Origin: Deinococcus roseus | Lineage (GTDB): Bacteria > Deinococcota > Deinococci > Deinococcales > Deinococcaceae | Assembly: GCF_014646895.1 (NCBI RefSeq) | Contig: NZ_BMOD01000002.1 | Location: forward strand, 102,217 to 126,216 | Direction: 5' to 3' | DNA: 24,000 nt | Part shown: in pieces, positions 8,165 to 15,583 of the stretch | How positions within the stretch are numbered: the stretch's first letter is position 1 | Layout: each line of letters begins with the position of its first letter | Notes under the pieces: generated by a model | The model's input: the letters and a program-made list of their open reading frames with translations, nothing else | What the model was told of the DNA's origin: nothing | Databases searched by the model: none | Program-made: the position numbers and the translations under genes

Positions 8165-9172
8165 ATGAACAAGGCCCTCAATGAAAGCAACTCCGATTAC
8201 CAGCAGACCCTGCAGGAGATTGCTGACTTTTTCAAACAGAACACCCTTCCGGTTTTCATTGCTTCACACGTTGATCCTGACGGAGACGCCATCGGTTCCT
8301 GCCTGGGTTTGCAACGCGCCCTGAAAAAACTGGGCAAAACCGCCCAGACGTATGCCTCCATGCCCCAGTACCTGCAGTTTCTGGCTGGACCAGATGAGGT
8401 TCTCCCCCCCATTTCCCACCTGCCAGAAGACGTCATTGTAGTGGTGCTGGATGTGGACAACAACGACACCCGCCGCGTGGAAGGCCTGCAACTCGAAGGC
8501 TTTCCAGGCTTCACCATCAACATCGACCACCACGGCACCAACAAGCGCAACAGCAACCTCAACCTGGTGTGCCCCAGTCAGGCCGCCACCGCCCAGATCA
8601 TCACCGATCTGGTGGAGCTCATGGGCGTGGAGTGCGATGAAGGCATCGCCAACCCCCTCTTGACTGGCATCATCACCGACACGGGTTCCTTCAAGTTCTC
8701 CAACACCACCCCGGAAGTCCTGATGGCCGCCTCACGCCTGATTGCCGGAGGCGCAGATGTCAGCTTCGTGAACGAGAGCCTCGCACAGCATCCCAGGCGT
8801 TATTACCAGCTTCTGGTGCTGGTGCTGCAGTCCATGCGCTACGAACTGAACGACCTGTGTGTGACCGCACATGTGAGTTCTGCCATGCTGGAAAGCGTGG
8901 GGGCCAGCTGGGAAGATGTGGAGTCTTACGTTGGCATGATCCGCAGCGCCCAGGGCACCGAACTCGCCATCATGTTCAAAGATTATGGCACCCACATCAA
9001 AATCAGCGCCCGTTCACGTGGCAAGGCCAGCGCCCAGAACATCGCCATCGCCTGCGGAGGCGGAGGCCATTACGCTGCCGCCGGAGCCACCCTGCAAATG
9101 CCTTTTGAAGAAGCTTATGCCCGGGTCATTGATGAGGCCCGCAAAGAACTGGAGCGGGTGGAATTGGCCTGA
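8165..9172 (+). CDS. nrnA: DHH/DHHA1 phosphoesterase (NrnA-like oligoribonuclease / pAp phosphatase)
   Basis: Motifs are HVDPDGDAIGS, VVLDVDN, NIDHHGTN (DHH) and GGGGHYAAAG (DHHA1). I prefer the start at ATG 8165 because TATACT (8153-8158) sits exactly 6 nt upstream. The track start at 8129 would lie upstream of that -10 box. Confidence 0.85.
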   Translation: MNKALNESNSDYQQTLQEIADFFKQNTLPVFIASHVDPDGDAIGSCLGLQRALKKLGKTAQTYASMPQYLQFLAGPDEVLPPISHLPEDVIVVVLDVDNNDTRRVEGLQLEGFPGFTINIDHHGTNKRNSNLNLVCPSQAATAQIITDLVELMGVECDEGIANPLLTGIITDTGSFKFSNTTPEVLMAASRLIAGGADVSFVNESLAQHPRRYYQLLVLVLQSMRYELNDLCVTAHVSSAMLESVGASWEDVESYVGMIRSAQGTELAIMFKDYGTHIKISARSRGKASAQNIAIACGGGGHYAAAGATLQMPFEEAYARVIDEARKELERVELA

Positions 9173-9180
9173 GTTGTTGA

Positions 9181-9303
9181 GCGTCTGAGGGCACTGAGGC
9201 CAGATCCCCCTGCCTGTCGTTCCACTCCAGGCTGTTCCCCGTCAGCGTTGGGGGGGTGGTGGGCATCTGAGAGGACTGAGGGTGAGATCCCCCCGCTTCT
9301 CGC
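9181..9303. repeat. Imperfect direct repeat pair rich in CTGAG(G/A) motifs
   Basis: 9183-9213 (TCTGAGGGCACTGAGGCCAGATCCCCCTGC) versus 9266-9296 (TCTGAGAGGACTGAGGGTGAGATCCCCCCGC). Identical blocks are TCTGAG, ACTGAGG and AGATCCCCC. It sits in the spacer between the convergent nrnA and HAD genes. Confidence 0.7.
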
Positions 9304-9325
9304 ATTCGCTCGGTGCGAGGGGATC

Positions 9326-10084
9326 TTACAACAGCAATTCCACCGCCTTCTCTGCCGCTTCCAGCGCATCCCGTGCAATGGCAGAGGGGGTGCATTCTGC
9401 AGGCAAAGCGTCTTTGAACAACCGGCGCAGGTCTTCTTCTTCCAGAGCAATCTCGATGGGTTTTGCCTCCGGGTGAATCCAGATGCTCTGGATCCCTGCA
9501 CGGTTGGCCGCAAGGATGTCGTGGCAGAGCTTGTCTCCGATGTGGAGGTCTGCACCAGAAAGCAGTTCAGGCTGGGGCTTGGCATAACCGTGCGTTTCGG
9601 GGGCACGGACCTCATCAAAGAACGGCAGGATGCCCAGAGCGTCCAGCACAGGAACCTGGTATCTGGCGTACCCATTGGTGGCCACAATGAGTTTCAGGCC
9701 AGCGTCTTTGAGAAGTTGCAAACCTTCTTTTGCTCCAGGAAGCAAGTGGATGTACTCGGGGGTGCAATGGGCCTTCACAATCTGGGAGACATCTGGCATG
9801 TGGTTCAGGCCATAATTCTGGGCCACCTCCAGCATGATGGCATCCCAGTTGAAGGCGTCCACGTGTTTTCCCGCCAGCGTCCGTGAAGAGAACCCCTGAT
9901 TGAGTTGCTTTCTGAACTGCTGCCGGAAGGTTTCAAAATCCAGTTCCTGCCGGGTTTGCTGGTGCACGTGGCGGGCAAGAAAAGGAATCACCCCTTTACC
10001 GAAAGGATTTTGCATCAGGACCCCATCCAGGTCAAAGCTGATGGTGGGTCTGCCTGTTCTGGAGGCTGTTTTCTGTGCGGTCAT
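9326..10084 (-). CDS. HAD-superfamily hydrolase
   Basis: 252 aa. Motif I ISFDLDGVLM, motif II VATNG, motif III YAKP, motif IV GDKLCHD. The ATG overlaps the upstream stop (ATGA). Confidence 0.88.
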   Translation of the reverse strand: MTAQKTASRTGRPTISFDLDGVLMQNPFGKGVIPFLARHVHQQTRQELDFETFRQQFRKQLNQGFSSRTLAGKHVDAFNWDAIMLEVAQNYGLNHMPDVSQIVKAHCTPEYIHLLPGAKEGLQLLKDAGLKLIVATNGYARYQVPVLDALGILPFFDEVRAPETHGYAKPQPELLSGADLHIGDKLCHDILAANRAGIQSIWIHPEAKPIEIALEEEDLRRLFKDALPAECTPSAIARDALEAAEKAVELLL

Positions 10085-10911
10085 TTGTTCTTGATGAAAC
10101 CGTCTTTGAGCCAGCTCTGCACCATCGGCTCCAGATCGTGCAGGGGAATGTCATTCCTCAGGCTGTACTCGGCGGGGGTAAGTTCCTGGCCCAGCCCTTT
10201 CAGGAAGTCGACACCCTGCTGGCCGTGGTTTTTTCGGAAGTTCTGGTGGGTGGGGGTGATGGGACTGAGGGCATCCCGTCCACGCAAAGTGACGGGGTAC
10301 TGCTGGTGGGCCCAGCCTGCCAGGGGTTTGGGCAAAATCAGGGTCTGGGGTCTGAGGGGGGCCGGGAAAACTCCGGTTTCTCCGACTTCAACCTGAAGGC
10401 GACCCAGCACTTTGCCATCCATCATCAGGATGCAACTGCCCTGCTCTACAAGCACCCCGGAGAAATTGTCGGTGGGGGTGACTTTCCAGACCCGAGAACT
10501 GACCCCTGCCAGTGAATGGGTCAGGTTGGGGTCAATCTGGTAGGCGTTCAGAACGGCTCCAGCGGTGAAGAGTTGCAACATTTCACCCAGGGCCAGTTCT
10601 CCAACCTGGTTGCCAGAAGAAGCCGCAATGATGCGTCCCTCGAAGACCAGCACGTACACGCTCTGCTCGCCCAGGGTCACATGCAGGTAGCCATACCAGT
10701 TGCTGTCGTGCAGGTGCCGCAAGAAGGCATGCAGGTCACAGAAGCTGGCGCTCAGACCGAGGTACCTGGCTTCCCCTTCAGGGAGCAGACGGGCCAGCAC
10801 AGGGATGGCTTCAGGGAACATGGGGGTGAGCGTGTGGGTCATGCGGTTCTCCGTGGGTTTGGGGCTTCGGGTTCTGGGGGATCTGGGAGGGCCTGCAATG
10901 CGCCTGATCAT
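10081..10911 (-). CDS. Hypothetical protein with DUF4388 (PatA-N)-like repeats
   Basis: 276 aa. FCDLHAFLRHLHDSNWYGYLHVTLGEQSVYVLVFEGRIIAASSGNQVGELALGEMLQ matches the DUF4388 pattern by eye, and a weaker second copy follows (FSGVLVEQGSCILMMDGKVLG). ATG 10911 overlaps the gamma-CA stop (ATGA). The alternative start ATG 10842 has GGAGAA upstream. Confidence 0.6.
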   Translation of the reverse strand: MIRRIAGPPRSPRTRSPKPTENRMTHTLTPMFPEAIPVLARLLPEGEARYLGLSASFCDLHAFLRHLHDSNWYGYLHVTLGEQSVYVLVFEGRIIAASSGNQVGELALGEMLQLFTAGAVLNAYQIDPNLTHSLAGVSSRVWKVTPTDNFSGVLVEQGSCILMMDGKVLGRLQVEVGETGVFPAPLRPQTLILPKPLAGWAHQQYPVTLRGRDALSPITPTHQNFRKNHGQQGVDFLKGLGQELTPAEYSLRNDIPLHDLEPMVQSWLKDGFIKNK

Positions 10912-11429
10912 GGCTCCTCCGCTTCAGTGATGGGCACACAGCCGCTCTGGTAGCGCTGGGCATTCTGCTGGTAACGCTGGGCGTTCTGGGTGGGTGGGGC
11001 CACTTTGATGACTTTCGCTGGAACTCCAACAGCAAGCATACCATCCTCGATGTGCTGTCCTTCTTTCAGCAGGGCCCCTGCAGCCAGCATGGCCCCTTTG
11101 CCCAGGCTGGATCCGTTGAGCATGATGGCCCCCATGCCCACCAGCGAACCTTCATGGAGGGTGGCTCCATGCACAATGGCCCGGTGGCCCACCGTGACGT
11201 TCTGATGCAGCACACAGGGAAAACCTGGATCGCTGTGCAGCACAGCCCCATCTTGCACATTGCTGCCTTCACCGATGGTGATGGCCTCCACATCGCCCCT
11301 CAGGACCACACCGAACCACACGCTGGCGTGGTCTCCAATGGTCACTTTTCCAATCACATCTGCACTGGGAGCAATCCAGGCCGTGCGGGCGACCTTTGGC
11401 TTCTCCCCTGCCAGCTCATAAAATGGCAC
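10908..11429 (-). CDS. Gamma-class carbonic anhydrase-like / hexapeptide-repeat protein (YrdA/PaaY family)
   Basis: 173 aa with left-handed beta-helix hexapeptide repeats. The His triad context is AVLHSD ... VGHRAIVHG. GTG start with AGGAGG 8 nt upstream. The C-terminal tail contains a duplicated NAQRYQQ heptad. Confidence 0.9.
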   Translation of the reverse strand: MPFYELAGEKPKVARTAWIAPSADVIGKVTIGDHASVWFGVVLRGDVEAITIGEGSNVQDGAVLHSDPGFPCVLHQNVTVGHRAIVHGATLHEGSLVGMGAIMLNGSSLGKGAMLAAGALLKEGQHIEDGMLAVGVPAKVIKVAPPTQNAQRYQQNAQRYQSGCVPITEAEEP

Positions 11430-11432
11430 CCT

Positions 11433-11822
11433 TTAAGCCTCCTGTAATCCGAGGGCCTGTCTGAGCAGTTGCTGGTCTTCTGGAAAACTCAGCAATTCCA
11501 GAGCCTGTGCAGGCAGGTAAAAGCCACCTGCCATGAAAGTGCTTTCCAGTTGAACTTCACTGGACACGGCACGCATCACAAACCAGTGCACCTCTCGGGG
11601 AATTCCCTTATGGTTTACATAATGACTTACCCCGAGTTTGCGTTCAACTGCAGATTCGATGCCAGCCTCTTCGAGGACTTCCCGCTGGGCAGTCACCTCC
11701 ATGGCTTCGTTCTCCTCGATGTGGCCCTTGGGATACGTCCAGGAGCCATCTTTGTATTGCACAATCAACACTTTGCCATCTTCCATAAAGACCAGTCCAC
11801 CTGCACCCAAAACAGCATTCAT
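11433..11822 (-). CDS. NUDIX hydrolase
   Basis: Nudix box GHIEENEAMEVTAQREVLEEAGI. Start chosen at ATG 11822 (MNAVLGAGGLVF), which is preceded by TACACT-N6. The track ORF extends to a GTG at 11990, across the divergent csp promoter, which is unlikely. Confidence 0.85.
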   Translation of the reverse strand: MNAVLGAGGLVFMEDGKVLIVQYKDGSWTYPKGHIEENEAMEVTAQREVLEEAGIESAVERKLGVSHYVNHKGIPREVHWFVMRAVSSEVQLESTFMAGGFYLPAQALELLSFPEDQQLLRQALGLQEA

Positions 11823-11911
11823 GCCCACAGTGTAACGGATTGGAATTGCAAAACAGCGTTTTTCGGGTCCACCAGAAGCAGCCCACAAGGCATTCGGGGA
11901 ATCCCCTGAAA

Positions 11912-11940
11912 TTGACACGTTGACATTGCCTGAGCATAAT
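11912..11940 (+). promoter_or_regulatory. Sigma70-type promoter of the cold-shock gene
   Basis: TTGACA (11912-11917), a 17-nt spacer, then CATAAT (11935-11940). A second TTGACA sits at 11920-11925. This predicts a 5' UTR of roughly 85 nt, as is typical for csp genes. Confidence 0.6.
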
Positions 11941-12032
11941 GAGGAAGTCCCTAAGGTAGCTGAAAGGGTGTTATGCCCCAGAGCGGGCACAACACCGGGT
12001 TATCACTTTAACGGGATGTAGGAGTCAGCAGT

Positions 12033-12290
12033 ATGGCAGAAGGTAAAGTCAAGTGGTTTAACGCGGAAAAAGGATTCGGATTCATTGAGCACCCCGGTAA
12101 CCCGGATGTTTTCGTACATTACTCCGCAATCAACACCAAGGGATTTCGCAAACTCAACGAAGGTGATGAAGTCAGCTTCGAGATTGAACCTGGCCAGAAC
12201 GGCAAAGGTCCACAAGCCAAAAACGTGCTTGTGACCAAAGCTGCTCCTGTGCAGGCCGAGCGCACCCCTTCTCGCGGCGGACGCTGGTAA
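12033..12290 (+). CDS. csp: Cold-shock protein (CspA family) with a short basic C-terminal tail
   Basis: 85 aa. RNP1/RNP2 motifs are KGFGFI and VFVHYS. AGGAG SD lies 8 nt upstream. About 18 extra residues ([17 protein letters not shown]) follow the CSD. Confidence 0.95.
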   Translation: MAEGKVKWFNAEKGFGFIEHPGNPDVFVHYSAINTKGFRKLNEGDEVSFEIEPGQNGKGPQAKNVLVTKAAPVQAERTPSRGGRW

Positions 12291-12399
12291 CTGCTTCAGG
12301 CAATTGCGGGTTTTTCTCGCTTTTGCCAGAGTGCTGCAAGTGAATTGACCTGACTTCGGCCAGAGCAACACCTGCAGAGCAAAGCTTCAGAACGCCAAA

Positions 12400-12427
12400 G
12401 GGCCACCCAGATGGGTGGCCCTTTTTT
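12400..12427 (+). terminator. Rho-independent terminator (csp; also faces the convergent GGDEF gene)
   Basis: GGGCCACCC-AGAT-GGGTGGCCC is a 9-bp GC stem followed by TTTTTT. It lies 18 nt from the stop of the minus-strand gene. Confidence 0.85.
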
Positions 12428-12445
12428 GGTTTGCTTCAGGGGTGC

Positions 12446-13714
12446 TTACTGGTTCTGCCACTGCTCCAGGCGGTTTTCCCAGCCCAGGGTCATTTCCCAG
12501 CCAGCACGCACCTGGCGCAACAAACCCTGGGACATCAGGGCAGACAGCATGTCTCTGGCCCGTCCCGGATAACCTGCAGAGTGTTGAAAGCACCAGTCGG
12601 TCAGGCGGGCCGGGGCTTCCCAGTTGAGGGCTTCTTGCATCCAGGCTTTCAGGCCCTCCCGGCTGAGGGGAGCCAGCGACACCCGCGTTTCCAGCGGAAC
12701 CTGAAAAGGACTGAGTGCCCCTCTGGAACCTGAAGCCATCACCACGCCCACAGGAACCATCAGGCCATCCAGGGCTTGCTGCAGGGTTCTGCAGGTGGCA
12801 TGGTCCAGAAAAGCACCATCGTCTATGGTGATCAGGAGGCCCATTTTGCTGTGGCAACCTTGCTGCAGGGCTTGCAATACGGCACGGGAGCCTTCATGGA
12901 GGGGAAGGGGAAAATCCCATTTGGCTTGCAGCATCACTTCATGGGGGGTTTGCTGCAATCTGGCAGAAGGGGTCAGGGAAAGCACCGCATAATTCTGGGC
13001 ACGGGCGGTCTGGGCCAGATAACCCAGCAGGAAACTGCGTCCAGAACCGTCATGGCCCGCCAGTGTGAACAGGCCCTTCTGTTTGATTTCCAGCATGTCC
13101 AGAAAAGTCTGGAAGGCTTCCAGGTGGTCTTCCCGTTCAATGGGTCTGGAGAGTTCATCGAAGTGGACCAGAGGCACATCCCTGAGGTCCTCGGTGACAA
13201 AGCGGCCCCGTCCCAGTTCGCTGGCCCACTGGTTGCGCTTGCGGGCCACCTGCACCAGATCGCTGACTTTTCCCGAGTCTTCCGGGTATGCGGCCAGCCC
13301 CACACTGATGGATTGAAACAGCACAGGATCTCCGGCAAAAGGATGCACGGCCACCCGTTCCAGCAGGCGTTCACACACCTGAATGGCGTTCTTTTTGCTG
13401 GTGGCAGGAAGCAGCAAAACAAATTCTTCTGCCCCTGAACGGAACAGCACATCTGAGATGCGCATTTTTTTCTGCACCAGCTGGGTCATTTCCCGCAGGA
13501 TCTGGTCGGCCCGGCGGTGGCCCCATTGTTCGCGCAGGGCCTTGAAATGGTCCAGGGTGAAAACACAAAGGGTCAGTGGAATTTTTTCCCGTCCTGAACG
13601 GGCCGTTTCTTCAATCAATCGGGATTCCAGCAAACCCCGGGAGTAGGCTCCGGTGAGGGGGTCCCGGATCAGGTATGCCGCAGAGTTGAATTGTCCTTGA
13701 ACGGAAGTTTCCAT
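12446..13714 (-). CDS. Degenerate GGDEF domain fused to an AAA_16/STAND-like NTPase domain
   Basis: 422 aa. The N-terminal half has the GGDEF fold motifs DPLTGAYSRG, GHRRADQIL and RISDVLFRSGAEEFVLLLP. The C-terminal half has PIEREDHLEAFQTFLD, a Walker-A-like AGHDGSGRS and a Walker-B-like LLITIDDGAFLD. GGAG SD lies 7 nt upstream of the ATG. Confidence 0.8.
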   Translation of the reverse strand: METSVQGQFNSAAYLIRDPLTGAYSRGLLESRLIEETARSGREKIPLTLCVFTLDHFKALREQWGHRRADQILREMTQLVQKKMRISDVLFRSGAEEFVLLLPATSKKNAIQVCERLLERVAVHPFAGDPVLFQSISVGLAAYPEDSGKVSDLVQVARKRNQWASELGRGRFVTEDLRDVPLVHFDELSRPIEREDHLEAFQTFLDMLEIKQKGLFTLAGHDGSGRSFLLGYLAQTARAQNYAVLSLTPSARLQQTPHEVMLQAKWDFPLPLHEGSRAVLQALQQGCHSKMGLLITIDDGAFLDHATCRTLQQALDGLMVPVGVVMASGSRGALSPFQVPLETRVSLAPLSREGLKAWMQEALNWEAPARLTDWCFQHSAGYPGRARDMLSALMSQGLLRQVRAGWEMTLGWENRLEQWQNQ

Positions 13715-13938
13715 GCTGTCACTCCATCGCCAATCATGCTGTTCTCAGGTACAAACCGTTGTCTTCAGTTTGCACTCAGCGGTATTGCAGGATTCTTTTC
13801 AGCCCACAGGCCTTCCAGGAGCGGTAAAAAGGCCCAGAGGTGCGTCTGGGTGCAGACAAACCTTAAAAATTTTGTTAAAAACCCTTCATGTTTGCTGTCA
13901 GAATTCAGTGACAAAACCGGGCCATGCTGCTGGCCTGG

Positions 13939-13972
13939 AAAAATCCAGCAGTCCCACAGGATCTGCTGGATT
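13939..13972 (-). terminator. Rho-independent terminator after the HD-domain gene
   Basis: On the minus strand, AATCCAGCAG-N11-CTGCTGGATT (10-bp stem) is followed by TTTTT. Confidence 0.75.
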
Positions 13973-14029
13973 GATGGTTTCATGGTTTCAATGTTGCTCA
14001 GTGCTGGATCACAGACTGGAGCTGCAGAA

Positions 14030-14674
14030 TCACACCAGAACCCTTCCCCGCAAGTCTTCTGTGGACAGGTGCTCCACTCCGGTCAGGTGTTCCAGGGTGT
14101 AGGTGACATCCTCAAACAGACGGTACAGATGGCCGTAACCCTCTGGATCTTCTGGCAAAGGAGCATAGCCGTCCCTGAGCGCCCGGTAGTACCACAGGCT
14201 TCCCCACTTTCCAGTTTTGAAGCGCTTCCACACCTCATCGTCCAGCCGGATGTAATCCTGCAAAATGGCACGGGCATTGTGCACCTTGTCCGCAAGGCCC
14301 ACCAGACGTGCCGAAAAGGATTTGTGGTGCAGGTTTTGCACATAAAAGGTCTTGCGGGCCAGCCAGTGTTCCAGCGGATGGCGGGCATTGCGCTTTTCCA
14401 GACTGGTGCCATCGGTGCAGGCCATCACCACATCCAGCACCAGATCGCCAAAGTGTTGCTGGATGTCTGCCTTCAGGTGGTCTCCAATGTCTTCGATGGT
14501 GTCATGCAGCAAGGCAGCAATGGCCTCATCTTCTGTCCCGCCATGTTCCAGCACCAGACTGGAAACACTGAGCAGGTGGGCAAGATAAGGGGTACCACTC
14601 CCCTTGCGCTCCTGGTGTTGATGGTGGGTGAAAGCAAACGCCAGAGCCTGCTGGTAGCGGGTGGTGAGCTTCAT
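14030..14674 (-). CDS. HD-domain protein, RelA/SpoT-hydrolase-like (candidate small alarmone hydrolase)
   Basis: Motifs are HHQHQERKGSGTPYLAHLLSV, AALLHDTIEDIG and LADKVHNARAIL, which parallel the SpoT/Mesh1 hydrolase domain. Start chosen at ATG 14674 (MKLTTRYQQALAFA). The track start at 14752 would overlap the SMR gene by 23 nt. Confidence 0.75.
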   Translation of the reverse strand: MKLTTRYQQALAFAFTHHQHQERKGSGTPYLAHLLSVSSLVLEHGGTEDEAIAALLHDTIEDIGDHLKADIQQHFGDLVLDVVMACTDGTSLEKRNARHPLEHWLARKTFYVQNLHHKSFSARLVGLADKVHNARAILQDYIRLDDEVWKRFKTGKWGSLWYYRALRDGYAPLPEDPEGYGHLYRLFEDVTYTLEHLTGVEHLSTEDLRGRVLV

Positions 14675-14729
14675 AGGTAAAACAAGGCTAGCACAATTTT
14701 TGTTGCATTTTTCTGAGCGTCTCTGTTGC

Positions 14730-15056
14730 TCAATGTGCCTTTGAAAAGACATTCAGCACCACCACACCCAGCACAATCAGAACAATGCCCAGGAGTTTGG
14801 CGAGGTCCATGCCTTCTTTCAGAAAAAGCATTCCAATGATCACGATGCCAGCCGTGCCCAGTCCAGACCAGATGGCATAGGCCGTCCCAATGGGAATGTG
14901 TTTCAGGCTGAGGGAGAGAAAATAGAACGCTGTGACGTAACCTGCGACCACCAGTGTGCTGGGCAGCCATCTGGTGAAGCCTTCCGATGCTTTCAGGGCA
15001 CTGGTGGCCACGACTTCTGCAAAAATGGCCAGCAGCAGAAATCCATAACTATTCAT
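14730..15056 (-). CDS. SMR-family (EmrE/QacE-like) small multidrug efflux transporter
   Basis: 108 aa with four TM segments. The essential membrane Glu is in LAIFAEVVATSALK, and GTAYAIWSGLG is present. Confidence 0.92.
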   Translation of the reverse strand: MNSYGFLLLAIFAEVVATSALKASEGFTRWLPSTLVVAGYVTAFYFLSLSLKHIPIGTAYAIWSGLGTAGIVIIGMLFLKEGMDLAKLLGIVLIVLGVVVLNVFSKAH

Positions 15057-15582
15057 CCTGACCTCCAGCGAGTTTCAGCATTTCTGCCCGCAGTCTCTCT
15101 CTGGCCTCTCCAGCAGGGGCACTGAGGCCAAAAATGTCTGCCATCCACAACCCATCTGCAGCAAGCCTGAGCAACATGGCCCGTTCTGCAGAGAGGCCAT
15201 CCTGATTCAGTTCGGCCTGCCAGATCTGGTAACGCTCCTGGTAGATCTTCAGGTAACTGGCATCTGTGGCAATGGCAGCCATGATTGCAGAAGGGATTTC
15301 TGGAACGGCGGGGAAATCAAAAGTGGCCTCAAGATAAGCACGGGTCCTGGCCCCTGGACCTTCCTGAGGGTGCTTCTGCATTTCCTGCTCAAAGTGGTTC
15401 AAAGAGGCTTCCAGCATGCCCTCAATGAGTTTCTGCTTGCTGGAAAAGTGATACAGCACACCCCCTTTGCTGAGGCCTGCTTCTTTTGCAACGGCTTCTA
15501 TGGTCAGGGTCGCTGCCCCTGACTTCTGGATCAGGCGGTAAGCAGCATCAAGAATCTGGGTTCGGGTGTCCACGGGAGGCAT
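15049..15582 (-). CDS. TetR/AcrR-family transcriptional regulator
   Basis: 177 aa. The N-terminal HTH is TRTQILDAAYRLIQKSGAATLTIEAVAKEAGLSKGGVLYHF. Its 3' end overlaps the SMR gene by 8 nt. Confidence 0.93.
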   Translation of the reverse strand: MPPVDTRTQILDAAYRLIQKSGAATLTIEAVAKEAGLSKGGVLYHFSSKQKLIEGMLEASLNHFEQEMQKHPQEGPGARTRAYLEATFDFPAVPEIPSAIMAAIATDASYLKIYQERYQIWQAELNQDGLSAERAMLLRLAADGLWMADIFGLSAPAGEARERLRAEMLKLAGGQDE

Positions 15583-15583
15583 G

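Noticed and set aside
9250-9263. G-run (GGGGGGGTGGTGGG) as a potential G-quadruplex
   Set aside because: It has only three usable G-tracts, one of just two Gs, so it does not meet the usual four-tract requirement. It is more simply part of the GC-rich spacer.
12003-12371. 122-aa minus-strand ORF overlapping the cold-shock gene
   Set aside because: It is antisense to an unmistakable CspA-family CDS and has no start context or motifs.
13765-13983. 72-aa minus-strand ORF in the HD/GGDEF spacer
   Set aside because: It spans the HD-gene terminator hairpin and the AT-rich putative promoter patch, and it has no RBS. It is more likely non-coding regulatory sequence.
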